This document shows, in pieces, positions 36,051-48,875 of a stretch of DNA of 64,000 bases. How positions within the stretch are numbered: position 1 is the first letter of the stretch; each line of letters starts with the position of its first letter. The notes under the pieces were generated by a model. That model worked only from the letters and a program-made list of their open reading frames with translations. It was not told the origin of the DNA and searched no databases. The stretch is from Vitrella brassicaformis CCMP3155 (Eukaryota; Protista; Chromerida): assembly GCA_001179505.1 (NCBI GenBank), contig CDMY01000508.1:1-64000 (forward strand), given 5' to 3'. The position numbers were made by a program, and so were the translations under genes.

Positions 36051-38343
36051 CCCCCCCCTACACACACCCCCGCGGACGGGTCAGATGCCCATCTCCATGT
36101 CTATCGCGTCCAGCTGTCTGTCTGTTTGCCTTCATTCACGTGCACTCTGGCGGCCAGACATGACACGAGTCATCTGGCGCGCTATTTTTCGCCGTGTGTG
36201 TCAACACCCACCCGCAAAGCCACTCACCATCTCGTATCGTACGTGCCATCTCTTCTCTTTGTCCACGATCATTCTCGCTGGCGTCGGGTCGGGTATGGTG
36301 TCTCTCTCTGGGATGTGTGTCAATGGGTTGAGGATAAATACTACACGGTGCGGTGTGGGTTTTAAGTGAGGCGGACTAACTGATTGCATTGACTGACAGA
36401 TTGATTGCATTGGGTTGTGTCGATAATTATAGTGAGGGCCAGCTATGAGATATCGACTGACTGACTGACTGACGGTATGGGCGTCCCTCTCTCGGTCTGT
36501 CTGTCTGTCTGGACAGTCACCGTGTGTGTAGTCGTGTGTATGTGCTGACAGGTCTGCTTTATCAAAGGGTGTGAGCGGGGGGGTACACTGACTGACTGAC
36601 TGACTGACTGAGCGGCCAGTGGATCAGACTGACAGTGTAGTGCTTGCTATGCTATCTAGGAATGGACTACCCAGGACGAGAGCTCAATGCAATGGATCAT
36701 TGATTGCGGGATTGACTGTTGGTTCAATGGGGCCATCCATCCATCCATCCATCCATCCATCCATCGCGGCCCGGGATGGGAGAGAGAGATCAGTCAATCA
36801 ATCTGACTGACTGACTGACTGCATGGCATGTATGGGATGGACGAGTGCGTACAGGACATGTGTGTGCGTGTCTGGTGTGGCTTGGCTGGCTCCCCTCTCG
36901 CTGCGATACGATGCGAGAGGTTTCCGTGTACGCTATGGCATGGCGCTCATGTAACCTTTCTGTTCTATGATGTGGTGGTGTGTGGTTGTGAATGATCTGA
37001 TCCCACCAATGCATTGGTGGTCTATCTCCGCTGCTGTCAGTCGGCCAAACGACGGATGTATGCATGCGGAGTTTAATAGTAGGGCAACGGGCTCTAGGCT
37101 TGACATACATACATCCCTGGGTGTCAGAGGGAGAGGGGGTGTCTTCATTGGTGCATTTGCGCGTTGGGCATGCAAGAGGGGGAGGGACATCGATCGTACA
37201 ATCGATGGATGAGACAGACAGACAGACAGACGGCCACCAAGCCAGCCATCGCGATGCGTGCTTGCGCTTTGTTTTCTAGTCCTTCCTTTCCTGCACACTG
37301 GTGGGTGGGTGAATGGCGGCCCTCGACTCGAGCACATACATACTCATGTACCTGGCCTGACCTGGCCGCCCCGCATCAAGGCGGACCCCTAGGTGGTTTT
37401 GGGCGGTAACGTGCGTCCCTATGGTTGTGTGTGCAGCACGACCGGGCTGCCCAGCGCTGCACACACAAAGGATCAGCCCCGAACTCGTCGAACCCGTCGA
37501 GATTCGCGTCGATTAGGGTCAAGGGTTTTCAAAACCCGACACCCAAGAACCCTGCAAGCATGATTTTGATACCAAAACGACCGGGATAGCGTCCTGAACA
37601 ACATGCGGCTCACCGTTTGTCAGCACGAGGCCAAGATCTCGAGATCTGACCGTCATTAGAGGAGCTAATGGAACTCATTGCGCCTCAACCACGACTGATG
37701 AGCCCTCGCTGAGACAGCCATATTGACCGGGATGACGCACTCGTTCATCCATCTATAGCTACCGAGCCCTCCCTCCCTCTCTCTCCCTCTGCAGCACCAT
37801 CCCGACTGTCTGACGATCACTTCACCCCCTCTTGTACAGCAACCAAGGCTCGCCCAACCGCCACAATCCGTCAGTCATCTCTCTCTCTCTCTGTGTCTGT
37901 CTGTCTATGTGTATCTCGTATGTAGGTATCGGAAAAGTGGCACATTGGGGGTAGCAGACTGCATCGATGAGAGACATGTCGTCTGTTCATTGGAAGTCTT
38001 CATGGATCTGAATGCGCACACTGTTGTCAGCTCAAGTGGCACAGATTCCGGCAAGTTCCCAAGACTGATTCACTGACTCCAGTCAATAAGCCTGTCTGTT
38101 GATGACTCGACGTTGAATATTCCCGGCAAAAATGTCTTCACTCGATATCGTGCAACAGGAAAGAAATTCTCAACGAGACACACATTACGCATGAATCAGT
38201 GGATCCGTGTCTCTGTCTCTGTGTCGCGAATGACGTTCCTTCGGTAACTGCAGACAGTGATGATCATTGGGCCTGCATCGACCTCAAAATTCAAGCCCAC
38301 CTCTGCCCGCGAGACTGTTGAGTAGCTTAGATATGTCAGTCGT

Positions 38344-38728
38344 TGCGCAGGTGCGCGCACACAGACATTCATCACATACACGCACTCCAAGTTCACACGT
38401 GCATGCGCAGGCGCAGGCGCAGGTGTCGGTAGGTGTGCGCACAGAGACATTCGTCATATACACGCACTCCAAGTCGACACGTGCATGCGCAGGCGCATGC
38501 GCAGGTGTCGGTAGATGTGCGCACAGAGACATTCATCATATGCACGCACTCCAAGGCCACACGTGCATGCGCAGATGTGCGCAAAAAGACATTCATCATA
38601 TACACGCACTCCAAGTCCACACCTGCATGCGCAGAGGTGCGCACACAGACGTTAATCATATACAAACACTCCAAGTCCACACCTGCATGCGCACGTGCAT
38701 GCGCAGGGGTCTGCACAGAGACATTCAT
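38344..38728 (+). repeat. 60-bp satellite, about 6 units
   Basis: Tandem copies of the unit. Confidence 0.92.
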
Positions 38729-39070
38729 CGGCCCCATTGTCCAAGCCAGAGGCTTCCATTTTGTCCCCCTTGCTGCAGATACATTCAGCCGCTGGGCGTC
38801 CGCCATGCTTGCTTTTCTCAAGACGCTCGCCAAGAGGAAACCACGCACTTCGGCCATCCCAGCATCCGAAGATGTATCTTTGCGAGAGAGCGCCAGTAAT
38901 CATTGGAGCCAGCTATGGTGAAGCTGATGAAGTACCATGCATTCCAGGTGGCCAACCGCTTTCAGAGAGCAGTGACCGCGAGGGGACCTGCTAAGACCAG
39001 TGCTTTTGCGGAGGACTTCATCACCCGAGGCCCTTACAGGCCTCACATGAGGCCATTATGTGTTGGTGTA
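38729..39070 (+). mobile_element. 3' fragment of CRE-like (restriction-like endonuclease) non-LTR retrotransposon
   Basis: GFHFVPLAADTFSRWASAMLAFLKTLAKRK...HWSQL/VKLMKYHA resembles the post-endonuclease C-terminus (FxPLxxETxGxxG...SVxLQRxNA). Paralogous to 55860-56260. Confidence 0.6.
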
Positions 39071-39662
39071 GTTGATTCTATGTACCGCCGGGCAGACCAG
39101 GCCCACTCGCGGACCTGAACGCACCGCAGTGGACACACCACATCACCATGTGCAACGGTGCGTCACATCCATCCACACCCATCCACGCCTGCCTGTGGGT
39201 CTCCAAAGCTCTGCGCCCGTGTGCTGCTGCCGCCCCAAGGCTGGAACTGTCGCAATATACATAGGCTCACCGAGCAGCACTGCCCATAAATTGGCGAATT
39301 GCACCCAGATGGGGATGGTTCATTCCCAGCCCAGTGGCGATGAACACAGCTGGCAGAGAACTGTGCAGAAGGACGGACTCGTTAATGGGAAAAAGAAGCA
39401 CTTGAAAAAAGTAGGGTTTGCGGGATTTTGTCTCCGATTCTGTGACTATGTTTGATGGGCTGTTTGGTTCATGTCAGAGTGCTGCTGTCATTCATGTCGT
39501 ATGGTGCGCATGTGCTTCTGCGAGTGCCTGTGTCTTTGCGTGTGCGCAAATCCATACAGACTCTAGATCAGCCGTACTGGTCGCCCATGCTTCCGTGTAA
39601 GCCACCTATATTCTTGACCGACGAAAGTTGATCACAAGGTGTGATGATTCTTAAAAGACAAG

Positions 39663-42330
39663 ATGCGGATAGACCTCACAGATGACGCATCTGCCGGAAA
39701 CTCGCAAGATCTCGCCCAAGACGAAGCGTCCGACCTACTAGGGCCCGCTCCCAAGAAGGCGAGGGTGTGTCGTACTGCGTGGCTGTGGCGGTGTCAGCCC
39801 TTCTACCTCAACGCGATAGTCGACTACGGGCGCGATGGGGAGGAGAACGAGGGCTGCTTGAGCATTCGGGACGTTGTCGATGGGCCCGTGCAAGAGGTGC
39901 GTTGGTTGGCAGATGGTGCCTGAATGAGCCTCTGGGCGTTGCTGCAATGGGCTCCTTGATGTGTTGTCCTTTTGCAGATGTTGCTCACCAGCACGAGATT
40001 TGACCTGGTCGGTGAGATGAGAGAGAACAGGCAGTCAGCGCACACTGGTTCTGTTCCTCCTTGTGTCAGCCGTGGCTGGTGGATGAGTGTCCCGTGATGA
40101 AGACAATCCGGCGCATCGCCGTACTCACCGGCGACCCACGGACAGACGACCCGCAGGACCAGCCCAGCAAAGGTGACTGAGCCCAGCAAATCTGCATGCC
40201 ACTTCTGTGTGGGTGCATGCGGTGTGTGGATGTGAATGTGGTCAGAGGAGAGGCTCCGGTTGCTTGTGGAGGCGGCGAATGATCTATCGTCGTATGGGCC
40301 GGCCGTGACGGTAGAGGCGGTGCCGCTGACCGATCAGCATGGCCGGTTCCATCCCAAGCTGATTTTCCTGACGTATGCGGACCGCATCCGCGTGTGCATC
40401 TCGTCAGCCAACTTCACGCACAGCGACTGGTTGGCAGAGAGGAGACGAAGAGGCCCGTGTGTGGGTGAAACGGTCACCTGTGTGTGTTGTGTGTGTAGGT
40501 GGAGGAAGAACCAGATCATCAATGTGCAGGACTTCCCCCGCAAGCTGCAGCAGGGCAGCCAGCCGTCGACAGACATGGAAGGTGAGGCTGACTGATGGAA
40601 TGCGGCCATCCCCATGTGTATTCAACGCTGTGTGTTCAGATCAGCTGGCGGCTTTCCTTCGTGCAACCACCAAGGCGGGTGGCTGGTGTGACAAAATTCG
40701 CCAGTTCGACTACTCGACCGCCATTGGCAAGATAGTCGCGTCTGTGCCGGTGAGCCACACAGAGAGGGCGGGGTCATGACCGCACTCATCCAACACGTGC
40801 TGCTGTGTCACACGCAGGGCAGCCACGCGGGCTCGGATGTCCATCGGTGGGGCCACATGCGGATGCGCCGCCTGCTCAGTGGCCAGCCAGGCCCCAAGGG
40901 CCTGGAAGAGTGAGCAGACTGCATGGCGACTGCACCACTATGATGTCCGGCCGCTTTGTGACGGATATCTATTGTGTGTGCACGTATTTTGTTTATGTCG
41001 TGCGTCTGTCAGCCACGCTGTGGTGTGTCAAGTGGCGTTGCTCGACAGTCTCGAGGAAAACTGGATAGAGGAGTTCATCGGTCGGTCACCACACACAACT
41101 ACAGCTCCAGCTCTGCATGTGTGTGTGTGTGTATCCATCCATCCGACTCATCCCGTTTTTTGTTGCCTTCTGACTTGTGATTGTAGGTAGTTTGTGCGAG
41201 TGCCCATCCCACCCTGAGCTGGAGGCAGCCACTTACCTGGCGGCTCATCCTCCCGACCATAGACGAGGTGAGCTCATGCGCACCAAAGAGATGAACGTGT
41301 GAAGACTCACTCTCAGTGTGTCGTCGCTTTGCGTGCAGGTGCGGACCTCGCTGGAGGGATGGGCGGCGGACAAGTAAGCATAGGATAAATCTGGTCTACA
41401 CTGAACACATATCACGTCACATGGATGTCTGGTTCTACCCTCTTAGGGAAGTGCAAGTCATGGAGGAGCGTCTGATGATCGCCGACATGAGGGTCGGTAC
41501 GACGACGCCACTCCCAGAGGGCCTCCTGCACAGATGGGGCCTCCACAAAGCCAACGGCGAGCGGGCATGCTGCGGCGCCGCCATCCCCCATCCGCCGGAC
41601 AGGACGTCGGCGTCTCCCCACCTCGACACGTTCCTCAAGTGAGTGAGTCGCACACATGTAGCCAATGTGTGTGTGTATGTCGCTGTTGTGTTTTAGGTAT
41701 GGCCGTCGGTCGGGTGACGTCAGCAAGCGCCGGGAGGTGGCGTGGATATATGTCGGCAGCCACAACTTCAGCAAAGTGAGTGAGCCAACAGCCAATACGG
41801 CATACGTCGTCTCTCTCGCACTATCCTGTTGTGTGATGTGTGTGACACAAATGCAGGCGGCGTAGGGTGAGCTGCAGAGCAACCACTCCAAGCTGTTCAT
41901 CCGGTCATACGAGCTGGGCATCTTCATCTCGCCACACACACTCCGTGGCCTCACCCCGCCCCAACCACACACCACCCCACACACACAGCCGGCCGGCGCA
42001 TCGTCTTCCAGTGGCAGCAGCAGTGCCGCCACTCCGATGCGGTCATTCGTGTGGCACAAAAGCGATAACACAGGTCGGTCGACACAGACGCTATCGCGTG
42101 CTGCCTATGTGACGTGTGGGTGTTGGCCTGCCTGTGTGCACCTCAGGGTCCTCTTCCCTTCCCCGTATGTATGCGGCCACGGCTCGGTGCCCGAGCGGTC
42201 CGCCTGACGTGCCTGTGATCGGCGTGCCTCTGCCGTACCCCCTGCCTCCGGTGCCCTACGGCCCTTCCGACACGGTGTAAACCATGGACGGTCCACACAA
42301 CGTGCTCATCAACGACGTGCACACCGGGGC
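39663..42330 (+). pseudogene. TDP1: Tyrosyl-DNA phosphodiesterase 1 homolog with nonsense codons
   Basis: PFYLN, FHPKLIFL..IRVCISSANF, IVASVP|GSH, VRTSLEG, WIYVGSHNFSK and IRSYELG. In-frame TAG at 41863 (AA*GELQ) and TAA at 42278. The second HxK motif reads HLD. Confidence 0.88.
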
Positions 42331-42928
42331 GATGGCGGCTCTCAATGCCGCCCTCGCTCCTCAGCGATCGCTGGCTGCTCTGCTAACGCACCTGCTGCCG
42401 CTGGTCGAGCACAACGACGGCAAAGACCCCGCCCCCTCCCCCCTCTCATGCGGCCCACACGAGGCAGAGGCCATCGGCTGGAAGATCACCGCCATGTGCT
42501 TCAACATGCGGGCCGCCAATGAGACCATCACGAGCACACTGACCATTCGCAATAGCGTCATGGGCGACCGTGTGTGTGCGGCCGTCGAGCACTTCGTCAA
42601 GTCGGCTTTATATGCGAGCAGCAACAGGGAGGTGGTGGGCGGGGCGTCCAATGTGGGCGGCGTGACGATGCGGGTGCCGCTGCAGTGCTTCGCCATCAGG
42701 GCCGACAGCTGCCCACACCAGGTGGTCCACACACATGGGCGTGTGGGTGTGCGTGAGGTGGTCCACAGGGCTCGGCTGGACGAGGCGGCCCGACACGACA
42801 TAGAGGAGGGGGCCATCGACAAGGGCTTCAACGAGCATTTGGGCAATGCCGACTGTGAGTTCGGTGAGTGGCAGCAGCTGGGCCGCATCGACGAGCGGGG
42901 CCAGTGGGTGATACTCGGCATCAACTGA
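42284..42928 (+). CDS. Lineage-specific amplified domain (Vitrella-type), in frame with the TDP1 tail
   Basis: EAEAIGWKITAMCFN, HFVKSA..SSNREVVGG, VPLQCFAI, VHRARLDEAA and GFNEHLGNADCEF..WQQLGRIDE. Recognised from memory, not from a search. Confidence 0.6.
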   Translation: MDGPHNVLINDVHTGAMAALNAALAPQRSLAALLTHLLPLVEHNDGKDPAPSPLSCGPHEAEAIGWKITAMCFNMRAANETITSTLTIRNSVMGDRVCAAVEHFVKSALYASSNREVVGGASNVGGVTMRVPLQCFAIRADSCPHQVVHTHGRVGVREVVHRARLDEAARHDIEEGAIDKGFNEHLGNADCEFGEWQQLGRIDERGQWVILGIN

Positions 42929-43800
42929 CTCACTCGACTGACTGGTGGTTTAGAAGTAGAGAGACGGAGCTTGGGGGTTGTGGGTGTGGGGCATTTTAAG
43001 CTGCCGAATGTGTGGCTGGCAGTAGCTGAGTGGTGCAATTAAGAACCAGAGAGTGAGAGATAGAGTGACGGACGGAGAAGGGTCCATTATCCATGTGTGT
43101 GAAGAGGAGAATTTTTGCCGTGTTTGTCTTAGCTTAGCTGTGTGATTTCTGCCTCGACTTAGTGGATGAATGGACCAACCGTGCTGCATGACTTGGCGTA
43201 TTAGTGGATTGCCATGGTGGTCCACATCTGCGTACACATCCCATTACTATGTTTGCAGAGTATCCGTCATGCAGGCAGGCAGCCAGTCAATCGTCCATTC
43301 AACCATGTCACCGACAATTTTGGCTCCTGCATGATCCATCCCAAGATGGATGCATCAGTCTGTGAGTCTGTGAATCTACATGTTGAGAGCAGCTCATCCA
43401 CAAACACCGCCTGTGTGTCAGCGGCCCCCATTGCCTGCCGCGCCACGGACGGTCAGCGGAAGCCTGGCGGCACGCTTCGTCGTGTAGAGATGGGCGAAGG
43501 TACATGTGAGCCTTGAATGTTTGCCCCGCCTGCCGAATTGCATTTATTCACCTGGCCCCTGGCGACACTCGCGCACGCAGTATGATGCACGCATGAGAGA
43601 AATATCCACAGCTGGCGCACAATTAGGGCGGGATTGAGCACAGCGGCCACCCAATACAGGCCTGCAATGGGAAGAATCTTTGTTCTCATCGATCGCCTAT
43701 CTAAGCTCGCACCTCCGGCAGATCCGACTCTCCCCTAGATGCACTGACTCATCGTATCGCATTGACGCATCTATGGGTGCGAAGAGATGAGTCGAGTCTG

Positions 43801-45460
43801 ATGATGATTCACCTCTCCGTCGTCTTTTTTGCCCTCTGCTCGTCGCTGGTGGCGTCCTCGCCCCTGCAGCGGATCCTCCAGGCCGCCAATGAGACGGATC
43901 CATCCCCTGATGTCCCTCCAGGCTGGCGTGACCCAAAAAGGCTGAGGCTCCTCCAGCTCTCTCTCGTCTTCCGCCCGGCAGATGTGGTGACCGATGCAGT
44001 GGAGCGAGGCGACAACATCCTCCCCTACACCGAGATGGAAGAGCTCGTGAGCTGCGATTCGTGCCAAGAGGACGCGGCCGCATTGTTTGAGTGGACTCAC
44101 GACGCCGAGTTGGCGCCCAATGAGACAAGATCCATCTTTGAGGACAACCTGTGTGTTGTCCCCTTCATCACGTGCGTGCGGCTGAGCGAGGCGCTGGCGG
44201 ACGGCGGTCCGCGGAAGGGCTACCTTATCGTTCTGACGGGGTTTCCCGGCGACCGAGAGATATCGGTTGTGCCGTGGATCTTGCAGCAGCGAGTGGGGAG
44301 GCCTATCGTCTTTTCGGATGCTTTCTATCGGCTGCGGCACGTGATGTGCCTCTGGTCCTACCAGGCGCCCATGCAAGCGACGCTGTCCGATGAGCTTTCC
44401 AAAGTGACCTTTTTACGCGCCCTGTTCCTGTTGGGAGCGGTGAGCTGCATCCCGTACGCACATCCGCAGACTCACTCACCCACATGTTTGTGTGTGTGCG
44501 GTTTGTCATACCAGGGCCCCTTGGCAGGGCCGCTTCCCAGCACCATCGGAGAGCTGCCTTACCTCAAGGGCCTTTACATTCAGCAGCAGATGTATGCCAT
44601 CAACGGTCCCATCCCACCCTCCATCACCAGTCTACCGCATCTCGAGGCCCTCACACTAACATCTACGAGCTTCTCAGGGCCCATCCCTGAAGACATCGGC
44701 AATCTCAGACGGCTGCGCGTCCTCGAGATATGGGACAACAAGAAGATGAACGGAACCTTCCCCGCCAGTGTGACGTCTTGCCGCAACCTCACCCGACTGA
44801 AGCTCGATGGCACCGGCCTCTCGGGCCTTCTGCCCGACGACCTGGGCGCCCTTTCCCGCTTGGACGAGCTGACGCTGGCGAATAACGAGCTGAGTGGTGA
44901 GCTGCCCCGGTCGCTGGTGCAGCTGAGGCGGCTGCAGGTGCTGCTTCTGACCAACAATCGGTTCAGTGGGCCGCTGCCGGACGGGCTGGGGACCAAAATG
45001 GGCAACTTGCGACAGCTGGATGTGTCGTTCAACAGGGTAGGCAGAGCACAACCAGCTTGAGCGCAGATGCGTATTTGAGAATGCCTGTGTATGTCAATAA
45101 CTGCCTGTTTCTCTCTCTGTCATCAGTTTTCCGGTCCAGTGCCGGCTTCCCTGGGCAATGCGGCCAACCTGACGTTTCTGAGTCTGGAGAGGCAGTGGCC
45201 GGGCTTCAGCGGCCCGATGCCACCGGAGCTGGGGCAGCTCAGCAAGCTGCAACAACTCACGCTCGCATACAATCAGGTACACACACACGCACACAGACAC
45301 ACACACACACACGCACACACACGCACATGAACATAATGACGCACTCTCGCTGTCCACAATTGTTGTTTGTGTGTGCAGCTTTCCGGTATGCTGCCGGACA
45401 CGTTGAGTGGCTGGAGGTCGGTCAAGTATCTCGACTTGCGCAACAACAACTTTGACAAAC
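43801..45460 (+). CDS. Secreted/receptor-like LRR protein, 3'-truncated
   Basis: Signal MMIHLSVVFFALCSSLVAS. The N-cap NETRSIFEDNLCVVPFITCVRLS is homologous to the 26.7-30.4 kb gene. RLK-type LRRs (LTLANNELSGELPRSLVQLRRLQVLLLTNNRFSGPLP). Similarity stops after LDLRNNNF. Confidence 0.85.
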
Positions 45461-48400
45461 ACCTGCCGCTTCTCCTCTTGCACCAGGCCCCACTCACCAA
45501 AGCTCTCGCCCTCCTCATACTCACCGACTTGGAGACCAACCTGAATGCATATAGGTTTTTCACGTGAGGAGAGAGATACGCAGACAGAACATGCCTCATT
45601 TGGCTCACTCTTGTCTCATGTGTCCGACTGAGAGTCCCTTCGCTTGCTGGCCCAGAGAGCGCAGAGACGAGAGATCCTCTCGTCGATGACTGGCGCACAG
45701 CATGGATAGATGGAGACGTCCGACTCCTCTCGGCATACTGTCGCTTCTCCCCTCTCTCGACATGCTTCATGTCGTCAATCGGATCGATGGACACGCGCTT
45801 GCCCGACCTTTGCTGCGCTGTTTCTTCAGTGTCACCCTCTGGCCTTTCTTGCTCCTGCTTCTGCTCCATCCCGATGACAGAAGCAAAACGTTTGTAGCCT
45901 TTGTAGTCCCGCATCTTGTTCTCATCGATAGCGACAGACCGTCGTCTGTGTGTGACGACATCATCTGCTCTCTGAGAGGATCTCTCGGTGGTCACTTGAG
46001 GGCGATCGAAGGCGTGAGGCATCAGCTTGAGGATACGGCTGATCTTTCGTACTGCCTCCTTCCACTTCTCCCGCCAGTTGCGACGCTTGAAGACACCGGC
46101 TCGGCCACTGAGAAGCAGCTTAAGCAGGGATCAATCTGTGTATAGGAACATTCGGCTTACGCGAGGACGAGGAAGAACGTGTCGCCGATCTGCCCTCCCT
46201 CTGATAGAACCTCGCCTTTGTCGAAGATCCTTAGCCGCAATACTTTGCACAGCTCTCGTCTCGTGCGGCGCCCCAGCGCATTAAAGACGCGGCGCGTCTC
46301 TATCTGGAGAAAGGAAGCAAAGGTAGATTCTCGCGAGTGAGTGAGACACTCAAACTCTTACGAGGCTGTCGAAAAGCTCGATCTCTGGTGGTCCTCGTTG
46401 TTGAGGTAGCCTGTTTTTGAGTAGTGCTTCAGCTGCCTCCAGCAAGCACCGGCGGCTGCGATGGTGACGCAGATACCTGCAAGCAGAAGGAGGAATGACA
46501 TCTGCGTCTCGGGCATTTTGCATTATGCCTGATGTAGGTGACTCGATCGACCGTCAACACGATAGCTGACGTAATGGCCACCACATATCCCAGCCTTGGG
46601 CCTTCTCGAGCCAGTGCCCACTCGCCAAAGGCATCGCCTGATGGAGGCATTCCTGGATAACGATTCGGTCAAGACTTGGCCTTACCTTCCTCTAGTAGGG
46701 TGATAAGCTCGAGGGATTTTTCAATTGGCTCTCCCTCCTCTGTGTATGGCATCGGACCGGCAGCGCTGGCTGCCGATACACCAGAGACACTCGACGCAGC
46801 GTCAGCATGGTCCTAAATAACACACACAGGCCACACATCTGCGCAAATGTGCACAATTGTGTCCCTGCAGACCTCACCCCTTCGTTGTCCCTGCCCTTCC
46901 TCGCTCCAGAGATACTCTCCGGACTGATTTCCCCCTCGGTGCCTTCCTCCTCTCCGGCGCCGCTCAGGCAGCGATACGCGCCCAGGACGCCATTGAGCGG
47001 CAGATAGAAGAAGTCGGCTTGTGCACCGTCTTCTATGATCACATCATGCTCGCTCACGGACCTCACGCCCACGAACTTGGAGACCTCCAAAAGGGTTGAT
47101 CGGGGGATAGTGTCGAAAGGAGACATTGTCTCCAAAAAGTCAGACAGAAGCTTCAGGTCCTGCATTGCCCTGTGACACACGAAGTAAGGGGTTTCTAGAT
47201 GCCTCATCTCTCTTTCTGTCTCGTACCTGTCCTGGGGGGACCTTGATCTCATAATGTCCAGTGCAGCGCTCTTTTTGACGGCCAGGCTCCGAGCCTCTTT
47301 CAGCACAGACTGGTAGAAATCCTTGGACACCCACAAAAACTCACATCTGTCCAAGAGACGGGAGATAAGGGCCGATTTGCACCGATTTGCACGTTTACTT
47401 ACGGAGACAGAGTCCGAATGGTGGCCGCCCTTCTCTCGTTCCGAATCAGTGCCCATTCACCGAAGGAATCGCCCTCACTCAGATCAGCCAGATGCTTCTC
47501 GCCTTCCTTGGCTGCCGGGTGTAGCACTGCTTGGATATCTTCTCCCTCCATGGTCGCTTCATCATCGCCCTTTTTCTGCCTTGGCAAATCAGCAAACACA
47601 CCTACGGTGCCTAAGGCGAAAGAAACGCATAATGGCAAGGTTGATTTGCATTTTGCGGACCTTTCAAAATCAGAAAAAATGCATCTCCTTCATCTCCCTG
47701 ATGAAATAGCTCTTCCCGCTCTCGCTTTTCGAGAAACCTCAGCTCGCGACATACTAATTGACGCACGGCCACGCTCAAGGAACGAAAGAACTTATTGCCG
47801 CGGACAACCTTTGAAGAGAAACAAAAAAATCGTCAGAGTTCTCACGAGTGACCCTTTTTCCATTCACCATGAACAAGACTTCAATGTCGTCACGACTTCT
47901 CTCTTCGGGCGCCTTTGACCTCAGGATAGTCTTTGCCTCCTCGAGCACAGTTGCATCGATTTTCCTAAAGCCGCTGGGCCTTTCAGAGGCGCCAGTCGTC
48001 GCTTGTCGTGCGATGATCTTCTTGACCTGGCCCTCTTCGCCAGACTCAGCTGACGATCTCGTAGCTGCACCAAACAAGCAAATGCGACAAGGCAACCAAA
48101 ATGGAACAAGGGGCTGGATGCGGACCGGATGAAGATGATGACGGCAAGAAGGCGTGTTCATTGCACACTCGATGCGCTATGGTCGCCAGCAGGTCAGATT
48201 CCCAGGGCGTCGCGCTCTTGTCCTTAGTCAGCGCGAGAATTCGGTGTTGCAGGGCCAAATTCTAGACAAGCAAACGGCCAACAGGAAGGTCTTCACCGGC
48301 ACTGGACTTTCTCTCTTACCTGCCCACTGCTCGCCTTGGACCGCGTGCTGCCTTGTCGTTTCAACAGCGGTCGGTGTCCATCAGCTTGTGGATTTGGGGC

Positions 48401-48574
48401 GCCTGCGATGCGATGCGCTGATGCAACTGCTGAAACGAGGCCGCTGATGCGAGGGCTCCTCGGACTCATTGCCGGCGAGTGGACGGCCGGCAGTGACTCG
48501 GAAGTTTCATGATGCTGGGTGGGGGAAGAAGGGAGAGATGGCGAAGGACTGGGGGGCACAGGAATTCGCAGCAT
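45461..48574 (-). CDS. Protein with at least three cyclic-nucleotide-binding domains, 3'-truncated
   Basis: LFHQGDEGDAFFLILK, GDSFGEWALIRNERRAATIRT, IIEDGAQADFFY, GDAFGEWALAREGPRLG and GESFGEWGLVQEEKR. Start codon uncertain. Confidence 0.8.
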
Positions 48575-48875
48575 CTTAGCGGATGCCAGTCATAGATACG
48601 TCCAGAAGCAGGAAGGACTGATGTTAGGGACTTTCTCCGGGACAAAAAGCTCGCACCCATCCGCGATCCCCGCCAAGCCCAAATTGGGCTGATTCTAGTA
48701 GGCGGATGGTGTACTGTGATCCGCGCCCCATGCATCTGCACAGAAATTGATGACAAAAAAAGCTCTCCGAGAAGCGATCGGCGGTAGAAGACAACGTTAA
48801 CGAAAGACTGGCGGATCCGCACGACGACGGCATCAGATTCTGTGATTGTCAATCTGCTCGCTGAGACGACGGTCA

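Noticed and set aside
35200-37470. Short ORFs and dense (GACT)n/(CATC)n/(GACA)n tracts
   Set aside because: Ordinary microsatellite-rich intergenic DNA for this genome.
37513-37540. TTAGGG and the small palindrome GGGTTTTCAAAACCC
   Set aside because: A single telomere-like hexamer with no array and no partner terminal inverted repeat found.
41863-42280. Alternative genetic code (TAG/TAA read as Trp or Gln)
   Set aside because: TAG, TAA and TGA all serve as normal stops in other genes here, and the TDP1 copy has other lesions.
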